A stretch of 64,000 nt of DNA, taken from Enoplolaimus lenunculus. Its lineage: Eukaryota. This document shows positions 1 through 11,200 of this stretch, piece after piece; positions within the stretch are counted from its first letter, which is position 1, and each line of letters begins with the position of its first letter. The notes under the pieces were generated by a model. The model was not told the origin of the DNA. It did not search any database and was given only the letters and a program-made list of their open reading frames with translations. A program made the translations under genes and the position numbers. Location: assembly GCA_030248215.1 (NCBI GenBank), contig JASANG010000611.1, positions 186,001-250,000 of the forward strand, in the 5' to 3' direction.

Positions 1-445
1 TATATAATGGTTTTAGCTTTATGTTTAAGAGCATTTGTTTTTTAAGCAGGTTTTGCCTAAGTTTTGAAGCTTAAGTGACAACTCAAACAACCAAATCATC
101 ATTTTAATTTATACCGGGTTTATTGGTTCGGTGCTGCATGCGTTCTTAATAAAGGAAAGACAGAACTCGGCATTGCACTCTGTAGTGGAAAATACACTTC
201 GCAACTTGAGCATAGCTAAGGACAACAGATAAATATGCTATCAATGTCTAATAGAACAACACAAAACATCTAACCAATAATGTTTACTAAGAATATCGAA
301 ACAACAGTTTTATATATGTCTTTGCAAACTTCTATTAATTTGCATAGTGTGACTTTGCTGGAACGCTGCCCAAAATACGTATGTGGGGCGTTCCACCTTT
401 TTATATAGATATGAATCGCTAACGCAGTTCTGTCTGCAATCGAAC

Positions 446-1368
446 TTAATCCTTTCTCACATGAATATTTTCTATTTCCCCTGAGACCAACTTTTATGCT
501 AGGATTCGAACTCCAGTGACTGGAGCGGGAGGCATATACCATCACCACTCAGCTATAGGAGCTTGATGCTCGAGCCCGAGGGGGCTTCTCACGTCTTGTG
601 GTGATTTAGTACTAAGTATACGTGTTGCAATTGTTAAACCACGGTGCGATATCTACTATTTAACGTATATACACTGCGCTGAGTTACTTACAGGCAACTC
701 AATGTGAGAAGGAATTATAGATAGTAAACTGAAAATTTTTCGCTTTACCCTTTCTCACATGAATATTTTCTATTTCCCCTGATACCTACTTTTATGCTAG
801 GATTCGAACTCCAGTGACTGGAGCGGGAGGCATATACCATCACTACTCAGCTATAGGAGCTTGATGCTCGAGCCGGAGGGGGCTCTCCCTGACGCTCGAG
901 CCCGAGGGGGCTCTCACGTCTTGTGGTGATTTAGTACTAAGTATACGTGTTGCAATTGTTAAACCACGGTGCGATATATACTATTTAACGTATATATACT
1001 GCGCTGAGTTGCTTACAGGCAACTCAATGTGAGAAGGGGTGATAGATAGTAAACTGAAAATTTTTCGCTTAACCCTTTCTCACATGAATATTTTCTATTT
1101 CCCCTGAGACCTACTTTTATGCTAGGATTCGAACTCCAGTGACTGGAGCGGGAGGCATATACCATCACCACTCAGCTATAGGAGCTTGATGCTCGAGCCC
1201 GAGGGGGCTCTCCTTGACGCTCGAGCCCGAGGGAGCTCTCACGTCTTGTGGTGATTTAGTGTTATGTATACGTGTTGAAATTGTTAAACCACGGTGCGAT
1301 ATATACTATTTAACGTATATACACTGCGCTGAGTTGCCTACAGGCAACTCAATGTGAGAAGGGGTTAA
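446..1368. mobile_element. Three tandem copies (~300-320 bp) of a piggyBac-like MITE carrying a tRNA-like A/B-box segment
   Basis: Units start near 446, 745 and 1069. The best copy runs TTAA-CCCTTTCTCACAT ... ATGTGAGAAGGGG-TTAA (1069-1368). On the minus strand it contains TAGCTGAGTGG (A-box-like) and GGAGTTCGAATCC (B-box-like). Confidence 0.75.
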
Positions 1369-1857
1369 CCTCGAGTTTTATACAGTATTGATCGAATCGC
1401 GAAATATGAAAACCTAACAGCCATTTGTAAAATATCAAAGTAAACGAAGCGAAAATAACATCATAGGTTTCAGTCTTGAATCTATTTTAAACACGAAAAC
1501 ATATTTGCAGCTGAACAAAAAGTCAATCTTAAATTCCAGTTCACCAGATCTAATTACAAATCGGCAAACTCCTGTGGTATCATCGACCTGTTAGTGACCA
1601 GGTTTGAACGCTAAATTCAGTAGAATAGAAAAGTGGTATAGGTGCTGTTATAGTACATTTGTGCATCCAGACAGTAGCTTCACTGCGGTTGTACAGCCCA
1701 ACGGCACCTTGCTACCGCTCACTGCGCCTAGAGTACGACTGCAGTCTCGGCCTGCCCTTGAATCATGCTTGCTCAGATAACGCAATAAAATGGACCGGAA
1801 GCGCAAAAAATTTACAACCATTTGTGTTTACAGCATTTGTTTCTGGATAGGAAATTA

Positions 1858-2001
1858 GGCCCATTTATAGAACAGGGCCGGAACAGTAGTACAAGAGTAT
1901 TCCTAAGCCTAAGCCTAAGCAAAAATATTACTCTAAAAGCTTAAACGGACTCTATTATAGTCCCTCCGGAAAACGATCCGGCCCTGTTCTAAACATGGGC
2001 C
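1858..2001. mobile_element. MITE with GGCCCATGTATAGAACAGGGC-type inverted termini and internal (GCCTAA)n
   Basis: Starts ggcccatttatagaacagggccgga and ends tccggccctgttctaaacatgggcc; internal cctaagcctaagcctaag. Related copies at ~3398, 5140-5253, 7024-7177, 16520-16693, 21680-21800, 25490-25633, 27150-27243, 27470-27637 and 59430-59580. Confidence 0.7.
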
Positions 2002-4479
2002 GGAAATTAAATGCGCAACTTCATTCCAACGTACGTTTTGGTGTAGAACAATTAGTTAAAATATGCTAACAAAGCGATGAAAAATATAGTGCATTAAATT
2101 CTTTAGGTTACCGTCTCTAGACTAACTGGTGAGCGTTGCTGCTAAGGCTTAGTATCGCTGTGCCGAATAGGTAAATATCATATGTAAGCACTGTTTGTGC
2201 TGTAACGTCAGCTCGCTTCACTGACTTGTAATTTCTTATAAATGAACTGTTCCACTGTATAAGTTCACGCTAATACAATTTTTACTCATTTACGGTCATT
2301 CTGTTTGATGAAATCTATGTATAAAACCCACAACTTTAGCTGCCGACAGTTAAAACAGCTCCTAGAGCAGTGAAAAAACTGGTGACGAAAAAGCGTTTCC
2401 TAAATCCAATCCATTGCTGAGTTTCGGATTGACGCGGGATTAAAGACCTGTGAATTAGATTCTTTCGTTTGGAATGTTAGATCGATTCTTAGATCTTGTG
2501 AGCGCTATTCATAATAATTGTGTTGGATGCAGCATCTATAATAGCGCTGCAGGGGAAATTTTTCACGTATACCAGCGCCACACATTTATAAAAGTATAAA
2601 ACACAATAAGTTGTCACAAAGGTTTTTGTGCCATCAGGAATGGAACAGTGGCTACCGCTTGCCACCCGAGCCCTGGATGCCTTTGTGAAGCCCGCATAAG
2701 ATTAACTTAAGCCCTGAAATGATTCTTTAAGATCGTATGGGGTCAATTGGAACCTTTTGTAGTTCAACGAGACTTCCAAGTTGTTTGTAAAGTTTAGATT
2801 CAAGAAAAAACAGTCTAATTGAAAATATTTTGTGTTTTTCTACACAGATTCTATGTTAGGGCGTCTGAACGTTTTCAAATATTAGAGCGTCTGAATGTTT
2901 TCAAACAACCAGAATTTAGACTAATTTTCTGCGAGTGTAGCCAAAACAGTTGCTAAGTTGTTCGAAATGAGGTCATCAGAAGAGTTGAGGGCCCCTCTTA
3001 CGGATGAAACGGTGGTGCTAGTCTTGCTTAGCTGTTGTGCTGTCTAAGCTAAAATCTTAAAATCGCACCATTTCTAGTTAACGCCGGTTGACGGTAAAGA
3101 TAGTTTTATGCGCGATATGTTGAAATCGGTCTCTGATACGTTTCATCTGCGGTTGCACCGTGAAAAGTTCAAACAGCGTTAGCAAAACAGTCACCGCAAC
3201 CAGTAGTAATTGCCAGTGGGAACAGTCGGCAAACTGGTAGCTCTTTCTCGAAAACCTATAGCATCAAAACGCCAGCACAAACTTGTTTGACAATGCATTA
3301 TATGACTCATTGCTATTAACAGTATGCGTTTTTGGCCAAAACAGCTTTGATAATATTCTATTATTTGCAACCAAAATTGTTTGCCTATTATCGTTTCGGC
3401 CAATGTTACTTTTAGGGCCGTAACAGTGGATTAAGCGTATTCCTAAGCCTAAGCCTAAGTCTACGTGTTGCAAAAGTGTATTCGTAAGCCCAAGCCTATG
3501 CCTAAGCCTAAGTTTAAGCAAAATAATGTCCAGAATGTAAGCCTACTCTTGAGCCACCACCTCTTAGAAATAAGGACTCAGATTTTATCAAAAAACCAAG
3601 CCTTGCGTTTTTGGTGGTACTTAAATTGCAACTAATATTATTTTCGATCAACAAACAAAATTTCGTTACAGTTACTTGGAATTCAGAAAATTTTTAATTT
3701 TTGAGAATTCGTGGTATCTAATATGTTTTAACAAAGCTGCTATAAAGCTCTTAGAATTGTGCAAACAACTTAAACAACACTGTTGTTTTAAGCAAAATTA
3801 ACGTATTATCGGGAATTATTTTATGCTTAAACGATTTCCTTTATTAGCAACAACATTTATGTTAAATGTTTACCAAATATAAGTCCTAATAACCCCAAGT
3901 TTTGTGGTTCTTATCAACAATGTATTTAAAGCGAATGCAGTATAGGATGCAAGTAGTGTATTTGGTTTTACAAGCCTGCATTAATTTGGCTACTAATTTT
4001 CTTCAGTGTGGTACAATTTTGAGATTTTTGATGGATCTTGACCACTCCCTTAAACATTTAAATTGACGGCTTTTACGCTTTCAGGATTAGGTTTAGGTAA
4101 AGGCTTAACTAATGGCTAGGCAAAGTATTAGGCTTTGGTTTGCTTTTTCAGCGTTCGATATTAATAAGTTTTAGGTAAAGGCTTAGGCAGGGTTTTAGGT
4201 TTTGCGTCAGGTAAGCCTTGTAGCGTTTGTGTTTATTATAGTTCTGTAGTTTTTATTCATGTAACATGTAATATCTAACAGAAAATTCAAAATGACAAAT
4301 TTAGTGGACTCACTCCACAGAACCATTGGAGTAACACATTTTAGAGTGTGAATTTTGACCATTACTTTGCGATGAACGTCTCTGATGTGAGGTCTGCTCC
4401 GAGCGATGCAATAAAGCATACATCTCCAAAGAAAGTTTTATGGTGCATGAATGTTTTGACCCTTAATACTGTTAAAACT

Positions 4480-5105
4480 TTGGATCTTTTCCGTTATCCC
4501 CCGCAGCCCGCGTTTGCCCACAAAAGGTTATATTTAGAAACTTTTTGCATATTTGAGCTTTTCATGATCTCCCTTGATCATTTCACGCCTAAATTTGAAT
4601 TTTTGAAGTTCTATTTTTAAGATCCCAAGGTGTCCGTCGCCTTTGGACTCAAAAAATTGGTTTTGTCAAAAACTTTGATAACTTATAGACTATTTGACGC
4701 AGCGTGCAGAGCTGAGTCGAACGGTGTTAAATGTTTCGTTATATTAGACGATTGGTTAACGAATTATTCTCAAATAAATGATTTCGTGCCGTCCCAAATC
4801 GTTGACAGTGAGCCAAATCAGTTATTTGACAATGTCTGTGGTCAGCCAATCGTCTGATTGTAGAAAATTTAACACCATTCGACTGAGCTCCGCAAGCTGC
4901 GTCGATGGTTTACAATTGGTCTAACTTTCTAATATTTTTTGGGTTCTGAGGGGCTTGGGACCTTAAAAAATCGAATATTTCAAAAATTCAAATTTAGGCG
5001 TGAAATTGTCAGGGGAGGTGTTGAGAAGCTCAAATATGCCAAACTTATTAAATCCAACGATTTTTGGACAAACGCGGGCTTAGGGGATAACGGAAAAGAC
5101 CCAAT
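4480..5105. mobile_element. Large fold-back non-autonomous DNA element (long imperfect inverted arms)
   Basis: ttggatcttttccgttatcccc...cccgcgtttgcc at the left end mirrors ggacaaacgcgggctaggggataacggaaaagacccaa at the right end. Related pieces at ~12150-12467, ~31500-31850 and ~45050-45130. Confidence 0.65.
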
Positions 5106-6585
5106 ATTTTATGTCAATGTACATGGGAGGAGCAGTTTTATAAGCATTTATATTCATTTCTTAGCCTGAGCCTAAGCAAAAAATTGGTCTAAAATTAAAC
5201 TTACTAGATCCGAGTCCCACGGAATAACGTTCCGCCCTAATATTTACATGGGCCAAATTTCGGAAATGCGCATAATTCAAATTCTAGCTATTTTTATTTG
5301 TAAGGCACAAAATTTTAATAAGCTTATTATTGCTTTACGCTGTGAAATCATCGCTGATTCACGAGTTTCTCAACTGCAATAGATGCACAAACAAATGAAA
5401 TTCTACTCGAATCTTCGTCGACCGCCCACTATTTATGCACGAAGGAAGATGCTAATAAAAATTGTTACGAGACTTAATCTGATGAAATATATACTTCCGG
5501 ATTGAAAATAGATGGAAAATTTTTATTTAGAACAAAAACAATGATTTACACCTTTAGGGTTTCGTCGCTGTTCGCATCGCCACGTCATGTTTTTTTCTAG
5601 TCGATGCATCATCCGTTCGTTTTCTGTTGTTTATTTTTAAACATAAAGTCATAGGGTGCGTAGGATACGGTTACAGTGAGATATCATTCTGAAGCTTCTA
5701 AAGTAATTTTTCTCGTTCGCTTCAAATCGCTCATTACATATTTTACATCAGGTTAAACCGTGTCGAAATGAAGCCCTGCTACACCCTTTAACGCAGTGTC
5801 ACCGAAATTTTGACTGATTATTCATATGACGAGATTGTACTGTGATGTACGACTAGTTCATACACAAACTAACGTAAATAGTCAATATCATAGAGAGTAT
5901 TATATTATTTTGAGTAAAGATAAGCGTATACTGTACGCAAAAGACCTAGTTTTCTGTTGTAAAATGTTACTCAGTTTTATATTTATTTTTCATTTTTTTC
6001 GATACGTTTTTTACTGGAAACGTTTGTTTCGAAGCGTTTTTTGTGCCTTTATATTACAAGATAAGTGACAGTGAAATCCTATTTGTGATCGTAAATCTTT
6101 TGAGTTCATTATTCGTTTTAGCGAAATGATTTTTGTGAATTTAACCTAAACATTCGTAATATACCGTCAGTTTTGTCATCAGGAAATCATGTTGGAGCTC
6201 TGTAGTATACTTCGCGTCGGTTTAGCCCAAGGTCATAGGTTTCCGGCCCTCGAAAAGGTGAAGAGCGAAAGCAGCGATACTGATTACACGTAGGCATAGT
6301 TCAAAATCGTCACAAGACGTAAAGGTCACTCTGGTTCGACTACCAACCTTCTGTAGCTGAGTGATTGTAGCAAACACATCCCGGCCGGACACCTGGTACA
6401 ACGAATGTCAGTTGGAAATCATAGATGTGATATGAAATAGAAAATAGTCATGCAGGAAGAAATTGCTCAAAACTTTTTGACAAAAAATGAGACCAAAGCT
6501 ATGTACATTTAAAAGTTTTAATATGAACAATTTTTTAGAAACTGTTCATATTTGAAAAATTCATTTTTAAATATTTTGTATCACA

Positions 6586-6792
6586 ATGAAATTGTGTTTC
6601 GTGCTTGCATTGATTTTAATTTACGTTTGCATTGTTGTCGATTGCCGATTGGTTCATCGTCGGACACATTCCGTTCATGGTCATGACGTCAAAAGACGCG
6701 TAAGACGTGATGCTGGCAGAGTTGCTAACAAGCTGCATTATCAAAATCATGACCACAGTGTGCGACGAAAAGTAAGACGATGCCCAGTATAA
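6586..6792 (+). CDS. Small putative secreted His/Arg-rich peptide precursor, or 5' signal-peptide exon of the fasciclin gene
   Basis: ATG in ACAATG context, hydrophobic signal-like N-terminus MKLCFVLALILIYVCIVVDC, then a basic/His-rich tail with RVRR and KVRR motifs. Confidence 0.45.
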   Translation: MKLCFVLALILIYVCIVVDCRLVHRRTHSVHGHDVKRRVRRDAGRVANKLHYQNHDHSVRRKVRRCPV

Positions 6793-8277
6793 AACTGACG
6801 CTAAAATCCGCTGGAGTACAGGCGACTGACCATTTGGTCTATTGGGCTATTGTCCAGTGAGCCCGTTGGACTTTAAGCCATTCAACAACATGAAAAATCG
6901 TAGTCATGTAATTATTTTCTAAACAACCAGGGTTTGGTTTGGTTTGTATCAAAGCACCGGGGCTGATTTTAAACCATCAGTCCAGCAATGGTTGGATTGG
7001 GTTTTCCGTTTAGTGTCATACTTCGGCCCATGAAGATCAGGGGCGGAACGTTTTTCTGCGCGACGAGAATAGAGTAAGCTTAAGGTTTAGACTAATTTTT
7101 TTGCCTGGCTTAGGCTTAGGCTTAGGCTTAGGAATATGCTTATAATACTGTTCCGCCCCGGTTCTTTACATTGGCCCATACTTCTTAGATGTAAACATAT
7201 ATAGGGTTAGATGCGGCAGGGTGACAGTACAGTAGGATAATTTGGAACCTTGGTTAAGCAACCAAACTGTGTAAAAAGTAGTTTGGTACACCTACTAAGA
7301 ATCCTACCTATTACTACTGCTGGATTAAAGCCTGGGATCCACAAAAAGCTATATTCCCAGCATAGCTCACCGAATACACGTTATGGTTGAAAGAATACCC
7401 ATTGCCAACGCATAACTAGGCAAGTTACTACGTGATCGAGTGATAAGCATGATGACAAACGCAGCCAGGTCTGTACAACATCGTACGAACAACAGGTCAC
7501 CAAAATTACCTGTCACTTCAACCGTCTTTATTCGGCGTATGTCACCTGGAGACTAAGTTACGTTTACTAAATTATTTGAATTTGATAATTTTCGGTATTG
7601 CGTTTCATTGCTATTTTTGGTTCGTCAAGCAAGCCCGTAGACAGGTCAACCTGGTGAGAGGGATGAGGTTGAAACGCTAAGCTTACAGGCAGGGCTAAAC
7701 CTGTTCTAGAGGGTCAAAAAATTTTGTGCTAACAGAACCCCGTCCTCAAGTTGCAGGCTTGTATTTAATGTGTTGGCGATAAAAACAAAAATTACTGCAG
7801 TGTTGCTTGTACTATTCTTAGAAGTAGAACTATAGGTTCTTAGCATTTATGTAAAGGAAAATGTAAGTTACATTTTGCTGTCGTTTTTTAGAGACGTGAC
7901 GGAGATATGAGCATTGATTTCGGTCAAATTGGACAAAACAGCGGATCGAACAATGGTGACAGTTTTGAGTTTGATCTTGATCGGTTGATAGGTGGAGGTA
8001 CGATGTACTATGTATTTAAAATACAGGCCGATAATTGTAAAGCTGTTAATGTACCTAACAGGCGTAAATAGTTCTGCGTGATTGCATTTTAGTTGCAAAA
8101 CGCATCAACATTATATACATATTCTAACAACAATAGTCGGTTCAGAACGACCCAGTTGCCAACTGGGACAAACGAGTGTTTAAGGGTAAGATATAAATGC
8201 TAACTGGGACAAACGAGTGTTTAAGGGCAAGACATAAATGCTAATGCTTTCATCTTTCTATATTTACTGACATTAAG

Positions 8278-11200
8278 GTAGTTTCAATCGACGACAAGAC
8301 AAATTGAATTCGCTGTTCAAAAACATTTTCGATGGATTTTTGGAGAATCACAATTTTCCAACAATGCCAGAAATCGGTGATTTGGACACGGATTTCGGTT
8401 CAACCGGCGGCATGAGTGTTTTTGGAAGTGGAATATTTGGCGACAAGTGGTGGAAAGGGTAAAACTTGACAGTGTTTGTTTCATTTATTTTGACCATAAA
8501 TGTGTTTTATTTATTGAATTGCATAACTGAAATTTCATTAACTTACGCAGCTGGTAGATGTATTTTTTAATTAAGAAACAAAACTCGGATTTTAGTAGCT
8601 TTTTCTCCTGTTGCGCTTTTGCAGAAACTTAAATAACGACTTTGGGTGTTTCTTCGCATTTGATGTTTTTTGAGTCACAAAGTTATCGAGACGTTTATTA
8701 CGTCCAATTTTCCCAGTTTAATAGTTAAATTTAGATAACTTTCAATTCCCGGTTTTCATTTTTGTTTATGGTGTGTTTCTTTTTAACAGAAACGAGTTTA
8801 AGAAAAATATTAATTTGAACAGTATATATTCAATTGTTTCAGTCCAAACGTTTGTTTGCGAAAAGATAAATATGAGCTGCCAAGTGATGATGACGTAACG
8901 GTCAGCGATGACAGCGATGACGAAGATTTTGGAGTTGGCAATTTTATGTCAAACTTTCAAATGACTTCTTCGCAATGTTCGACAAGTGACCAAGCGCATA
9001 AATGTATTTTAAAGTAAGTGTATTGTGCCTTTCAACTCAATGGCAGATTCGTAAATTTTTGACAGATGACGAGCGATAAATGCCTCCGAAAAGACCTCGC
9101 GAGCGGATCGAGCGAGAAGTTAAACACAATTTTCGTTTCATCAAAATAAATAGTTATAAGGTATGGGCCTAAGCAAACCGTGATATCATGAATAATTTTC
9201 GATGACCGCTCGCTCACTTGCATCCGCCAGTGTTTGAAATTATTTCTATCTACGTAAGGCTATCCTGCACTTTCCTCTATAGTTTTCGAAATTTTTCGAA
9301 TTTTGGGTGTGATAAGATGTATTATTACAACGTCTTCATTTATGTATTATGGTGTTGCTAATTATGCAGTTTTTTTGCTGTTGCAGAGTAACTCGCAATG
9401 GCAAAACTATTGTTCACGAAAATGTACATGAATGCTGTCACGGTTACGAGCGGCAACCTGGCGACCAAGGCTGTCCAACAAGTAAGTTGATGCCGATTTA
9501 ATTGAGTTGAATTAAAATTTTATCTGTTGACATTTTAATTTATTATTAAAGTTTCATTGAAATAAGATGTAGCACTAATAATAAGATGATACCTGGGCCA
9601 GTATTCTCAACTTTGTGTAGTATCTATCACAAACTGTTAATAATTATTTAAATCAGCTAAGATATAAAACAAATTAAGAGTAAGAACATTTAAGAACATT
9701 AATTTGCGGAATTGTCCGGGTTCTTTTTTCTTGCCTCTGGTTTTATCCCCCGCTGCCGCATATAGTATGTTGACTACTATTCCGACTTTCGTTATTAATA
9801 TACACGGCAGTTAGATTTATTTTTATTTGAATTTTTTTTGTCTTTCCTTTCATCAACACCTAACACATATTTAATTCTTTTATCTTCCCCCCCGCGCTCC
9901 GCTCCGTTTTCCTCCTGCCTCTCTAATTAACAGGCTAACAATGAATTATATCCCCTCCCTTTTTTTTGTTCCAAAAACAATTTTCCTTTTAAATATTACC
10001 ACAATTTTCCTTTTTAAAATTTTAAATATATAAAAAAATAAAAACTATAAGATATAAAACAAATTAAGAGTAAGAACATTTAAGAACATTAATTTGCGGA
10101 ATTGTCGCGGGTGTAATTTTCCTAATAGAGCCAAATTGTAACTCGAAATCCACCAGCCGCCGTGTATTTGTTTTTTTTAAATTATCATATACATTGTATT
10201 TTAAATACTTTAAACTTTCTAGAAGATAGTACTAAAAACTTTATTGGTAATAAAGCACAAGTATGAAATTGCTAATTTCAAAATAGTTCTACTATAGAGC
10301 TGGATCTTAAACCTCTTCTTGATGTATTGGAAAAAGAAAACTTAACGGTATTCGCAAAAGGAGTTCGAGATATTGAAGGACTTAGCGACCAGTTGAGTAG
10401 TGGAAATTACACGCTGTTCATACCGAGCAATGAAGCAATGGATAGCGGAGCTCAGGTAAAAAATTTTCAATTTTTTAGAATATGAACACGTACGACAGTA
10501 AAATCGAATCTCGCAGATTTTTCTACAGCGCTGAAGAGTTCTATGTTATACCGCCGCCTCAAAAATATTTTTTGGTCGCTTTACTAACAATTCCTGGTTG
10601 CGGAGCTGCGAAACGGGTTTACTGTATTGACCCGAATAAGAGGAGGAGGAGTAATAAGAAGGGGTCCCCATTTTGAGTCCTATTCAATTGAAGTCCGCAT
10701 CCTTAATAAGAGTCCGTAAGCAGATAGAGTCCTTAAACCTCAAGTTTTGAAAGTACATTCCTAAGAGTAACCTTGCATTATCGCTTAATCCATTGACACA
10801 AGACAAATGAACGTTTAATTCAACGGATAATTGCAGCACCGGATATATATCAGTAACAAAGGGCGGCGGAGCGTGGGTTAAAAAATTAATAACAGTCTGT
10901 AACCGTATAACGGAGGTACCCTCTAGAGAGACCAAATAAATATGAGTCCCCCCTCTTATTCGAGTCACTACAGTAGGTGACAGCAGTTTATTTGGTTCTA
11001 TGAAACAGCAAGTTAAAAATCGTTTGCGTTTTCAGTATTAAAACTCACAACTTTAGCAGATTTTGTGAATAGTGAAACGCGCTAAATGCACACTTGCAAG
11101 TTTTTTTGCAGCGAGAACTCTGCAGCTACAATTTGCACGTGCAAGTTTTGTTGCAAAATCTTTTCACAAAACTTACACATGTGAATGGATCTCCAGCTTG

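Noticed and set aside
497..556. Functional tRNA gene
   Set aside because: Only A/B-box-like motifs within a repeated element; no convincing cloverleaf or acceptor stem by eye.
3443..3520. Real telomere or subtelomere
   Set aside because: The GCCTAA tracts are short, degenerate and embedded in dispersed MITE copies.
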